DNA of 64,000 nucleotides, from the NCBI GenBank assembly GCA_002269645.1, contig NIVC01000372.1, forward strand, positions 48,733 to 112,732. The letters are read 5' to 3'. Positions within the stretch are counted from its first letter, which is position 1; each line of letters begins with the position of its first letter. Shown here piece by piece: positions 25,820 to 37,600 of the stretch. The notes under the pieces were generated by a model. It worked only from the letters and a program-made list of their open reading frames with translations, was not told the DNA's origin and made no database searches. A program made the translations under genes and the position numbers. This DNA is from Macrostomum lignano. Its lineage: Eukaryota.

Positions 25820-28800
25820 TCACAGGCTCATTGTGCACTGCAGAAAGTCGTCATAGGAGAACTGGCAGGTGCCGGTCTCGCCGTTGTGCTGCATCCGGTC
25901 GCGGGCTCTGAAAGCCTCCGTGTAGGTGCGCAGACGCACCGACAGGGTCACGAAGTCGTCGAAAGCAACCAAACAGCGCCCGTCGTCCATGGCCTTTGAG
26001 TAGCGCTTGAGCAGCATTGTCATGGATTTGGCCGACAGGCGGTACAGAAACCGACTGCTGATGATGTTGTGCAGCTCGTTAGCCTCGATGAAGCCGCTTC
26101 TATCGCGATCGTATTCCTGGAAGGTGCGGTGCCAGTAGAGCAGGCAGGTGAGCAGCTCTCTGAACTCGGCGTATTGCATGACGCCATCCCGCGATCTGTC
26201 CAACATGGCCAGCATGATTTTGCACAGCTCCAGCGACCAGGTGACCCGGTAGTAATTGCGGATGCTGGGGTGCTCGTTGAGGATGCGGCACAGCTCTTCA
26301 GCCTGGATGCCGCCCAGACTCTGAGACGCGTAGTGCTGAAACATGCCGATGAACTCGTCCTCGCTGTTGAACTGGAAGCTCTGAAAGTGATAAATAAGAT
26401 TATTTTGCATGCTAAAGTACAGTAAACTACAAGGACAGATGATTAAATTATTGGGGCTTGTAAAAGTGTTTGCCGGAAATGTGCTGTTGGTTAAGACCCA
26501 TTTCGGACATGCAGAGATACTTTACTAACAGTAGTATGAATCGAACTTTAGAGCATATATAATGGTTGACTTTTTATTGGAAATGAATGCTGTTCACCTA
26601 CCGCTTAGGTGCGCGTACTTCTGCAGATTTAGGGGTGCACGTTCTATGATATTAGAGATGCAAACTGTCTATAAATAAGAAGTGCTTTATTAACCTTCGC
26701 CTGATGGCAATAAATAACGAAATCACGCGTCACGCTGCCTAAAACAGAGTCGCTTCTTATGTACAATTGCTCAGTTCAGCGTGTTGATCAGTACACGGTC
26801 TGGCCGGCTAATTTACAACTGGATATATGGAATGGTCTTGCTAGGCTGCGCTATCTTATCCAATCACAGCAGCCAATCAAAATGAGGCTACGCGATACTC
26901 TTCCCTCACCCCTTGGCCTGTATTAATAATTCTAGCCACCTTCTAACTCATCGAGTGTCAAGTCACTGCAGCTGAAAGAATAAGCTAGTAGAAGTTACTG
27001 AAGCGACTGTCACAATGGCCGACCAACCGCAGACCGTGCCGCTGTTCAAGCAGCACCAAGACGAGAGTCTGTGGCGGGCTGACCAACTGCTGGCCGCTCT
27101 ACCTGACGAATATTTCCCATCTGGCGCTGCGAGCAGCAGCACACCGCAATGCCGCTGCCACCTTAGCAGAATTCCTCCCAGCCATTAGGGCTTCTACAGA
27201 ACTACCCGCAGTCTCCGGGCAGCCTGAGCTTCAGCTGCAGCAGCTTGCTCAGCTTCTCCGATTCCACGGACGCCAGCAGCCGCAACGAAGACGAGAAACA
27301 GTTGGCCGAAGCGGCGCGCCAGTTCAGCCTCGCGCGACGCGAGGAGACGCAGCTGCGCGGCCAGCTGGCTGACCTGGACGATCGGTTGGCGCGCCTCCGT
27401 GACCGAGCCGGCGGCGAGCGGGCTTGCATGCTTCTGACGCTCCGCCGCGTGTCTGTCGAACGGCTGCTGGCCGGCCTGGCCTCCAGGGCCGATGCCAAAG
27501 CCAAAGAAATTGCTGCTTTGAAGGAGCAGCGGAAACTAAAAGAAACTAATAGAAAAAGCAGCAATTGTGACGATAAAAACTTGAGCGACAGCGGCAGTGA
27601 CAGCGAAATTTCAGATGACTTCTAGACCAATTAGAGTCAGGTAATAATTCAATCACCATTGAATCCGATTTGAATTCTCGTCAAAATGGACAGTGTGTTT
27701 GGTGTGTTTAAATGTTTTGTTTTGTTTAACCATGTCCATTGAATAGCATTATGGCGTTTATTTATTGTAAATTGAATTTCAGCCCATAGTTTCAATGTAA
27801 GTTTTGCCGTGTTAATTGTTGTCAACTCGATATTCGATCTTTGTCTTTGTTTTGCCATACACGATAGCAACATGAAGGAATGTTCAATTGTTTTTAAAAC
27901 AGTTAAATTTTTGTTTTACTCCATGGTTTTATTCTGCTAATAAGCAGATTTTTAATTGTTTTGCTCGCTGGGTCAGGCTGAAATCTGCTTAAAAATCCTT
28001 TGATTTGTTTGACTATTTGACTAGATCAAGCAAAGGCTGTAGGCTGACTAAACGCTGTTCCCATGTAAATAAAAACACATTCTTTGTTTTGCTAAGCCTG
28101 GTCACTGTTTTTACGTATTATGCATACTGGCATATTTTATTGTCATATGGCTATGTTGCATTTTTTGTCTTCCAGAGGAGAGCTTCGCTTCCTCAGGTTG
28201 CTGTCGACAGTTTTACGCAATCCTAATACTCTTTCATTCTTTTTAATAGCTATCGTCATCGTACAGCTTCTCGAAGTTTGAGAATTGTACTAAAATGGAA
28301 TTCGAATAAAACTACTTAGTTTGGATCCTTGGCTTCAGGTCTCTACCACCAAATGCAAAGTATAAGTGCGCAGCTGCTATTTATTGCCCCAATTGGTATA
28401 ATTAGTATTTCGCATGGAGCTAAAAATAGAATTGCCAAATAATATAACCTGCCGCTGCTGCAGTACGGGAGGCAATTAACTACCAGCTGTTTTTTTATTG
28501 ATTTTAGTTTTAATAATTTTTAACAACACATAGGTTTCCCGTTGGCAAATCCACGTACATGTACGGTAAACAGGCTCACGGGGTGTACAGCAGCTCTCGC
28601 TTTCTTATCATCAGGCATGTACACTCTCTGTGCCTTGGGGGGGGGGGGGTTAGCCCTAGTGGCCGGTGAATCGCACGATAACCCCGGGCTAATTTACGAG
28701 CAAAAGCCTAAAATTGACTTGGTAGAGTATGGATTCGAACCCGGGGACGCGCTTTAACGGCCCAGCAGTTTTTTCTTTTGATAAATATACTCGTACTTGT

Positions 28801-29481
28801 AGCATCTATCGAATATTAACAATATATGTACGCACTCTCCTTGAGCAAAGTGTCCTGTTCTATTTCGTGGACAGCTGAAGTAGAAGGACGTTAGATTCGG
28901 AAGCTGGTAAGAAACGAATATCCTTACACCAGGGGTTGGCAAACTCCAGCCCGCAGGGCCACATTGCTCCCCGCGAAGTCTCTATCCGGCCCTCGGGTTT
29001 TTTTTTAAACTTCACAATAGCAATAGTCTCTTCTCAGCTCTCTTCTCTCCTCTCTTATCTCCCCTCCACTTCTCTCTCCTCTTTTCTTTCCTCTTTTCTC
29101 TCTCTCCCCTCCTCTCCCCTCTCATCTGACCCATGCCTTACCGTTTCTTAGCGGCCTCCAGCTCATTTCTAAGAAAACCGAGTGCAGCGTCCTTTTACTT
29201 CAGCTGTCCATGTCCTATCCTTAGTGATCCTTGCAGACTTGAAGAACTGTTTGCTTTTATATTTGAAAGTCTTACAGTGATACCAGCTTCAAAAATGGTA
29301 ATGAGATGACATGGAGTTATAGCAAGTAGCAACTCACCTGCCAAGGGTTGGCTTGGCCATGGACATTCTGCGTCATGTTCTGGCCGTAGCTGCCGTAGTG
29401 CTGGCTATTGGGATTGGCGTGCTGCATCTGCTGCTGCTGCTGCTGGTAGAACTGCGGATCCTGCTGCGGCCAACCCAGCAT
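25820..29481 (-). CDS. Penta-EF-hand protein paralog B; exons 29481-29338, 26380-25820
   Basis: Exon 1 MLGWPQQDPQFYQQQ...HYGSYGQNMTQNVHGQANPWQ|GTGAGT is homologous to paralog A exon 1 (YYGSYGQHMVQNVYSRINPWQ); exon 2 is highly similar to paralog A; same phase-0 intron position. Confidence 0.9.
27015..27625 (+). CDS. Nested coiled-coil protein gene inside the paralog B intron, with an apparent frameshift near 27150-27190
   Basis: ATG 27015 MADQPQTVPLFKQHQDESLWRADQLLAALPDEYFP ends TAG ~27188; a -1 frame continues as a GC-rich coiled coil (EKQLAEAARQF...KEIAALKEQRK...SDSEISDDF*). No GT donor bridges the two. Confidence 0.55.
28545..28765 (-). mobile_element. tRNA-derived SINE family 2 copy
   Basis: B box GGTTCGAATCC (plus ggattcgaacc ~28731-28741) then core aaggcacagagagtgtacatgcctgatgataagaaagcgagagctgctgtacaccc. 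Confidence 0.65.
28930..29000 (+). mobile_element. hAT (Charlie-like) MITE 5' end
   Basis: CAGGGGTTGGCAAACTCCAGCCCGCAGGGCCACA...TCCGGCCC matches the typical Charlie-type terminus; no convincing TSD found. Confidence 0.45.
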
Positions 29482-30343
29482 TCTTAAGTGTTTCTTGGAA
29501 TGGCGAATTTGAAATTAAAATTTGACGAGTAGCTATTAACTCGGATTCCGAGATGGGGCATTTAATACAAGCTGGAACAGTATTTTAGAAACCTGTGCTT
29601 GCCTGCCTCCCCGCCCCGCTCTCCACAATGCTTGTGTTGTCCATGGCAACGCGCGGCGGTTGGGGCAGAAAATCTCTGAGCAGGGGAGAGAGGCTTGAGA
29701 CGTACAATAGAATGTATGCTCATCGACTATACTGTACATTTCTGTCCAAATGTACAGCTTAAAAGAGCATGGACGTTGGTACAATTGTTAAAACACGTAT
29801 AGACATTTCTCTTTTTAATCTTTAACAGGCTTGTAGCTGGTATGACCAATTTTATCATGTCTCATAGAAATGGCTAGAGGTGTGCTTTTTAGCTATGGTT
29901 TTAGCTTTGGGTGCTCTGGGAGATGAGTTGATAAAGAAGTGTAGGATGAAGGAGCTTAGAAACATGAATGCACTTTTGTCAAATTCGAAAAGCAAATGTG
30001 AGCTGCTTCTCAACGACATAGCCGTCCACCTGCAACGAGAATATTTTGAGTCGGCAAGCGCAACAGTCATGCGTGTTTTAGATGGAGACAAAAGACAAAC
30101 AATGTATCAGACATCTCCTCCCACCATCCAAACCATGTGAGTGTAGGGGTCCGTAGATTGGCTCCTGTTTTAGTCGATATCGTAGAATAAAAAATAACTG
30201 TGAGGGCCGTGCCGCACAATGCCCTTGCCCCGACCCCTGCGATCTCCGCCTCTCTTCTCCCTGCCGCTGATCCACTCTGGTCTGCCCTGCTCCGTCTTAA
30301 GCTGCCATTCTTCATTTCATTTTCATTGGCTGGCGATTTTTGT

Positions 30344-30580
30344 CTCTCTCGTTTGGGCCAGTCCAATCACGTCGTCTCTCGCCGTGGAGGCACCTGATTG
30401 GCTAGAATTCCCCTTCTTTCTCTCTCGTTTGGGCCAGTCCAATCACGTCGTCTCTCGCCGTGGAGGCACCTGATTGGCTAGAATTCCCCTTCTTTCTCTC
30501 TCGTTTGGGCCAGTCCAATCACGTCGTCTCTCGCCGTGGAGGCACCTGATTGGCTAGAATTCCCCTTCTTTCTCTCTCGT
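30344..30580. repeat. 76-bp tandem repeat (3+ copies) with CCAAT boxes, possibly inside a solo LTR (30199-30878)
   Basis: Unit ctctctcgtttgggccagtCCAATcacgtcgtctctcgccgtggaggcacctgATTGGctagaattccccttcttt; TATA-like tatttat at ~30657. Confidence 0.85.
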
Positions 30581-31299
30581 CCTTCAACTCTGTGAGTTTT
30601 TCCCACCTCCCAGCTCTGCGTGGCTTAGCCCCATCCAGCCCCCTGCTCTCACCCAGTATTTATGTGCTCGCAGGGCCCTCGCCCGGCTGTCGCCCTTCCT
30701 GCTCTCGTCTGTGAAGTATCCGTGCGCCTCCAGACCCGTGTCTACCTCTCTGGTGCTGCTGAGTGGCTACCTGGTTACAGCCTCATCATCCGAACCTCCC
30801 TCTTGCTCTGGGCAGTCCAGCACCCGAACCCCGAACACCCTATCTGCGGTCCGCGCGGACGGAAGCGAACACCCAACACTTCTTACTTACATGTATTTGA
30901 GATGACGTCTCCAGAAGACTCCGATGAGAAGCAACCAGATTCAGTGGAGTGGAGCGGTGGCTCTTCTTCAACAGCAGCTATGCTTTATGGATGAAATTGA
31001 AATTATCCACACGGAACCTTGGGATTATGGACTTCCAACTAGCAGCAGATGACGTCAGTGCCGTTTGATTTAAACACCAAGTCAAGACTATCCAAATGCT
31101 TTCTGAGGTCCCATACCCAAAAGCAGCAAAAACAAAACTTCCAAGTCGAAAGGCATACTCATTTTTGAATGCTTGAAGGTTGCTACAGACAACTTAGAGT
31201 TTTATTGATTGCTCTGGTTTACATCACAGCCGTTCAGGCTCTAAATATTACTGCTTTCAGTTCACTTTCACTCTGCAGTTGCACTTGCCCCCAGCTCAG

Positions 31300-32090
31300 C
31301 TACAGCGTGTAAGCCTCGATCTCGCAAATGGTCAGGTATCTGCTGATCACGCTGACTCGAACTCGGCTGCCGATGGCGTTGCAACTGAAGCTGGCCACAG
31401 AGAACGACTCCGTCATGTTCACTCGGTTGCACTCGACGCCGTCCAGCAGCAGCGAGAATTTGTTGAGTCGGCCAGCGCAGCAGTCCTGCCGGTTGTAGAT
31501 GGTGACGTACGAGACAAACGATGGAGCGGCCAGCTGCCCCTCCCACCATTCGATTGGATTGTTGTCGGTGTGGCTGCAGGACAAGTGCGTGTAGTTTTGG
31601 TTCCTGTTTCCGTCAATTGCTCGATCGCAAACGCTCGATTCGATCGTTGTGCTCTGCTTGCAGCTTCCAAATTTTAGCCGAGTTTGTTTCTGTGAGTCTG
31701 GAAATTATATGCGGTCAAAGTACTTTGTCCCGCGAGCTTGTAGGGCAAAATTAATGTACACAATAATTCGCACAGAGTGCATAACGTCTTACCGACAATC
31801 TTGGTGTACACATCGCATGACTCCGAGACCTGCCAGCCATCCGTGCTGCTGAATGCCAGCCGGTCAAAGAATCGGCACAGTCGACCCTGCAGCCAGCCGA
31901 AGCCGAAGCAGGCGGGCCTCAAAGCGCAGAGCGTAGCGCAGTTCATTAAATCTCTGCCAGGCAGAGACTCCATGGCAACCGGAGTTAAGGTGCTGCGCAG
32001 TTTGACCACCATGAACTGGATGTGAACGGTCATGGCAAATGAAACTTCCAATGTAGAGCATAGCAGCAGCGGCAGCAGAATTAACTTCAT
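31300..32090 (-). CDS. Secreted PAN/apple + F-type (fucose-binding) lectin domain protein; exons 32090-31793, 31697-31300
   Basis: Signal peptide; CATLCALRPACFGFGW PAN-like; phase-1 intron; RAIDGN..SCSHT..WWEG..NRQDCCAGRL..LTICEIEAY with an exact H-x26-R-x-D-x4-R fucose-binding motif. Confidence 0.9.
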
Positions 32091-32827
32091 TTTTAGCCAG
32101 CAGAAGCTTGTGCCAGTGTCATGTCCAACATAAGCGGAAGCAAACGGTTTGCTTTATAGAGTTGAGGTTTTCACGTGACGATCATTTCTCTTCCAGGCTG
32201 CCAGTGGAAGCATGGCCGCGTGAGTTAGCTCAATAAGGATGATATACAGCTATAGTTAGTGTGATTGGCGGGCAGTCTTGCTATGTAAACGAAAATCGTG
32301 TGAACAATAGCTTGAAGCTAGCTGCCTCTAGCTTCTAGTACAAAGCTTTTAGGCCAAACAACCAATGTTTCAACTGTCAAATATTAGCTGTGACAGCCGT
32401 GTGCGAGCTTGTTGTCGCCATGACAACTCAAACTATACGAACACGAGAATTACAACAGAAGTAGATGGAGGATCGTGTTATGTATTCAGTAATTCGCTAA
32501 AATGTCTGCTGTAAGCAACAATGAATTAAACTGTATAAAAATTATAGAAATTAGAAGCCATCGTTGTTATCTGGCGGTACTAGTTGTTTCAAGAAACACC
32601 TACCTCTGTTTGGCCGCTTAAATACCGTTGACCTATCGGAATTAATGTGTAAGCCTCCGTATTTTGTAGGCACCAACCCTGACAAAGTGAGCTAAGTTAA
32701 ACGGGCCACATTTGAATGCCATTGTTTAGCAATTTGACGATCATTATTCACATTTTTAATGCAGAACAATCCATTACTACAACAATGCATTGTCTGTAGG
32801 ATCGTCAAACAGAAAAACAATGCAAAG

Positions 32828-32922
32828 AATCAGCGGTCGCAGCACGTGACAACGATTTGTCTGTGGCTCGCGCCTACCGGCGCTCGCCAGACAATCGTTG
32901 TCACGCACTGGGACCGCTGATT
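32828..32922. other. 95-nt near-perfect hairpin (MITE or pre-miRNA candidate)
   Basis: aatcagcggtcgcagcacgtgacaacgatttgtctg pairs with cagacaatcgttgtcacgcactgggaccgctgatt; inner gcgcc-tacc-ggcgc stem. Confidence 0.7.
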
Positions 32923-33149
32923 ATTTATCCATTGGCTAGCTAGTAAAAATAGAAATTACATGTATTAACCCCATATCAATGCCAGGTGGACCCAGTAGCT
33001 GACCAGACAATTTCAGACCACAGACTAAACTCATGCCGAACCGAAATGAAAAATTGTTGTCGTCGTCTGATTATAATTGCAGTGTGAGTTCGCGACTTAT
33101 ATTGTTCTTACATTCCTTAAGAATAGCAGAATAAGTGCTAGAGACTTAG

Positions 33150-33422
33150 ATGGCAGAAAAGAACTCTGTAGTGGAGATCCGTGTCCTATTGGCCTCCAGC
33201 AACAAGCAACTGCTGACGATGAACGTGCCAACCAGCATGACCATCATCGAGCTCAAGGAGGACATCAAGAAGCGTGTTAGCGGCAAGCTAGTCATCAACA
33301 ATCTCATGTACAAGTCTGTCGTGCCAATGCTGGACATACGACAGATTAGCGACTATCTAAAGTACTCGCCCGGAACCAACTCCATCGATGTGACGGTGCA
33401 TGGTCACCAGGAGACCGAGTAG
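33150..33422 (+). CDS. Small ubiquitin-like fold protein, 90 aa, no C-terminal di-Gly
   Basis: VEIRVLL...LLTMNVPTSMTIIELKEDIKKR has the UBL beta-beta-alpha pattern; clean single-exon ORF. Confidence 0.6.
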   Translation: MAEKNSVVEIRVLLASSNKQLLTMNVPTSMTIIELKEDIKKRVSGKLVINNLMYKSVVPMLDIRQISDYLKYSPGTNSIDVTVHGHQETE

Positions 33423-34184
33423 ATCGTAAAAGTACATTTTGCCAATCCTTGTCTTTCATGCTTGTTCAAGTTCAAATATAAATCTGTTGCTGCAGGAACG
33501 ACTCTAGATAATAAATTTGATGCGGATTATAAAGTTGATTCATAAGTTGTTTAATTTTATTCTCTAAACTCTATACTTCTCTGTTGAAGTCTAATAAATT
33601 TTTCTAAAAAAATGATTGTTGTAATTTTATATTAGCGCCACATACCCCCTTCGCTAAAGAACCATCCCTAATTCGCCCAGGCAAAACAACCACTGTTTAA
33701 ATGTGACAAGTTAAACCGAGGTAGGCTAGAAAAGTTACACACAATCCAGAAGACCAATGACACAACCAATTTCACAACTGTGCAAGGAGTTATGGCTAGA
33801 ATTTAAGCTCATTTGGACATCCCTGGCGTTTACAGTTCCGGAAAGTTTTGCAACACCTTCTCATACATATAAATCGTGATCTCGATCTAACTCGTTGAAC
33901 AGCTGATCACACTTCTTACTGATGCTTAAGTGTCTACCAACTGGCCCTTATCTGAAAATGACACACAATCCAGAGACTGAATCCAAACATTTGTCTCCAA
34001 TGCAGTAAGCGAGTTTAGCATTGACGCAATTGTTCAACATAGCACTCTCGCGCAATTCCAATTTATTAGTTTTAGCAAGTTTTGTACGCACGCGACACGG
34101 CTTCGCATCAGAATCCAACAGAACTCACACAAGGCTATTAAAGTCTCGAACTGCGCGCAGATCTTCATCAAATACTTTCGCTAC

Positions 34185-34614
34185 TCAGCTCCTCGGTCGT
34201 CCTTCTTGCCGCGGAACAGCGCCCACAGAGACACGTTGGCCACCTTGACAATCTTGAACCGGACGCCGGGGATGTCGCCGACGGCGTGTCCGGCTCGGCC
34301 GAATCCGGACACCAGCACCTCGTCGTTTCCTCGGTGAAGTTCAGACAGCCGTCGTTAGGCACGAAAGCGGTGATCTTCTTGCCGTTCTTGATCAGCTGGA
34401 CTCTGACGCACTTCCTGATGGCGCTGTTGGGCTGCTTGGCCTCGACGCCGATCTTCTCAACCACGATGCCCTTGGCGTGGGACGCGCCGCCGAACGGGTT
34501 GGCCTTCCAACGGGTGCCCAGGTGAGACTTTTTGTAGTCCTTGTCTGCCCAGCGCTGCTCGCGTCGGTTATTGCGTAGCTTGCGGGCGGTGCGAATACCG
34601 GCTGGCTTCCCCAT
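34185..34614 (-). CDS. RPS23: 40S ribosomal protein S23 (uS12), intronless, with two 1-nt deletions (pseudogene or assembly error)
   Basis: [13 protein letters not shown]...[34 protein letters not shown]; after a missing A at ~34326-34328 the shifted frame reads [42 protein letters not shown]; a second missing base near 34200 restores ERPRS* (TGA 34185-34187). Confidence 0.95.
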
Positions 34615-37600
34615 GCTGTCCGGTCAGTGCGGCTGCAGCAGTGAATGGCATCGGATAGTGGCAGACTGATAATCAATTGATAATCAATAATCAATATGAA
34701 ACAAATTTTGTGCGATTTTAGTCACTGAAGCAACGGTATAACGACTGTGGGCCGTAGTGTCGTATTTGAGGCGTGCTACCTATAGTCGCTGAGTTGTGTT
34801 TGAAGCACACTAACTAGCCTACTGAGTTAGTAGAAAGTTAAGCGCCAACACGATTCTTAGACGACTCTTTTACGATTCTTCAGTTTACCTGACGCGCTTG
34901 TGATGCATGGTCACCTCTGTCAATTAGTCGTTAAAGAGTCACAAAAGTCGTCCCAGAGTGGCGGCTAGAGTCACTTAAGTTGTTTGCAAAGACTTTTTAG
35001 CGATTTTTTGTCACAGTATCATTTTAAGGGCTGGCTACCTTGTAAAATATATTGGCTTCATCTACTAATAGCCACATAGATCCAGGGTACTTCAGCAACA
35101 TTAAAACAAAGATAAAAAAGCTCAGTGGAAAAATTTTGGTGGGAAAAGGTTGCAGGCAATTATGATGGACCCATAACCTGAACCTAGGATTTTTCAATGT
35201 CATGACCCATTGACCATAAATTATTTTTTTTACACTTTTGATGGATGCCAGCTTATACCTTAGTTTTCAATTTGGCATCCTGAAGTGAGACCAAGAATAC
35301 AATGATTCTAATAATTAAAATCCAAATATAATTTTTTTTTGTTTAACTGACATTAAAAAATATAAATTGTGATAGCCTTGATAGGGAATAATTTTGCCAA
35401 ATAAGTATTTAGTTTCAAGTATATGTATCCTCATTAATTTTTACTTATAGTAGCAGTAATTGCACATGTTATATTGTCTAAACAGAAAACAGCTTTCTTT
35501 TGTTTAAGTTACTTTCTGTTTTAATCCCTACTGTTTTATTTAAAAAAATCAATGGTAGCTAATAATAGCAAACTAAGCTTTTCCCAGTTTTTTACTATAT
35601 ATAATATAAAGCCTTAATCTAGAAGAGAAAAATGCAACTGCTAAAACTTTAATTTTTTTCTTCTTGATATAAATAACTTTGCAGTGAAATTAGCATAGCC
35701 TATATAAAAAAGAAGCACTAAACAAATTATAAAAAAAGAAAAAATAGAGAAAAAAGTTTCTTGACTTTTTTATAGAGAAATTTTTATAAATTTGGCCATT
35801 CTTATCACTGGGATATAGATATGCTAATACCAGGATCCGGTTTTGAAAAATACTGGTTTTGGACCATTTTTTGATATGTGTATTCCAATATTAGTCCAGT
35901 ATTGGTCTAAAACTGTCTATATTTTTAAAAATTTGTGATTTTTTGTTTAAATTACATTTTCCTAGAAATTAAAATATGTTTTGCCTTAGCTTTTTAGCTT
36001 TGAATTTACTTGGATTTGGGGATTTCTTAGAATTGGGGAAAAATTTGCTACTATAAAGAGTAAGCCTAGGGATATTCTAGTGGCATAAATGTTAGAGTAG
36101 CAAGACAGTCTAATCAGTCTAAGGGAGAGAGGAAAAGGGCTACACAGTAGATTGGAGTTGCCTAGGAAACAGGTGTGCCAATGGGGAATTTCAATAGCTA
36201 ATGGGGAATTCTAAGTTAAATGGGAATGTTAGCATAGAGAGTAGGATATTTAATAGTGGACTAAAGAGGTAGGAAGGCAGAATGCCTAATGAATCAATGC
36301 TAAAGCCTAATAGCAATTGCTAGAATAGGCAGTCAAGCACAAGTTGAAGTTCTTCTCACCATATATTTGCTTGTATTTATAGTAATTTTACTAAATATGG
36401 TAGACAATTATTAACAAAATTTAAGCAATAATATATAGGCCTATATAATAAACATAAAAAGCAAGGCAATATATTTAACTACTTAAAAATGAAAATAGAA
36501 TTGAAACTATGAGTAGAAGATACATGATTTTTTGTGATTATTTAACAAACAATAGGCCTATAGCTGTATTAAGGCAAATATGATAAAGTAATCAATAAGA
36601 CAATAAGGTAAGGCTAGGGCCTAGTAAGAATGCTACTAAAATGATAACTACTATAACTGCACAAACAATTACTACTACTTCACAAATTGATTGGATTTAA
36701 AAGTCAGGACAATTCAGTAAATGATTTATAATGCATTTAAAAGATGGGCAATAAAAAATAGGTAAAATGCAATAAAATTTGACTTTTTGAAATTTGGGAG
36801 CCAAAATGTGAAAAAAAAGCTATTGAATAACAGTATTCAAAACTGGTATTGGCGAAATTCCAGTATTGAATACTGGGATCCCTGTTTTGGGCAAGTCTGG
36901 TATTTAGCATCCCTATATCCCTAAACTACATCTTTTTAATGAAATAGGCATACCAGTTTAAATGGTCAGTTTAACATAAAATAGAAAGTCATTTAGAGGG
37001 GCCAAGTAATATTAATAATTATATATTATATTTTCTATTTCCAAATAGAAAGCAGCTTTAAAGTGTTTAGGTCTGCAATTTTCAGTGATAATAGCTTCTG
37101 TGTAATATAGCTTCTGACAGCTTCTATTTGGTAACTTCTGACATGCTTGAAATTAAGGAAAGTTATGAGTGATTTTTTCACAGATAGACCAAGGTCCCGA
37201 TGAGTTCAGACTCCGGGCTGAACTGCATTTTGACCCACATTTTAAAGGAAGTGACTATTCGTACGGTACCGTATGAATAATTTGGCCACTATTCATACGG
37301 CAATTTCGCGCTAATTTAAAATTCAAGTTAGCGTGTAGAGCGAGCTCGTCGATGGGGTCTTTCATTTAGGCTCAAAAATAGGCGTACGCGTAGCAATCTT
37401 ATTTTAGTATTAACTATAGTGTATAATTCTTTTAATAATTGTAAGATTTCAACTTTAGGATTACAAGCTTGTCTAGTAGTATTTTTCGTTTTTATATAAA
37501 GTAATTTTTCATTTGAACTTTAAACTAGCTGAAAGACAGTTGAATAGGCCTAGGGCCTACTGGCCTAGCAACTTATAGAAAATAAATTGAAGTAAACTGA

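Noticed and set aside
29880-30140. 86-aa plus-strand ORF ending at a GTGAGT donor
   Set aside because: No start context, partner exon or recognisable domain.
35810-36921. Old TIR element (gggatatag...ctatatccc)
   Set aside because: Arms too degenerate and no TSD found.
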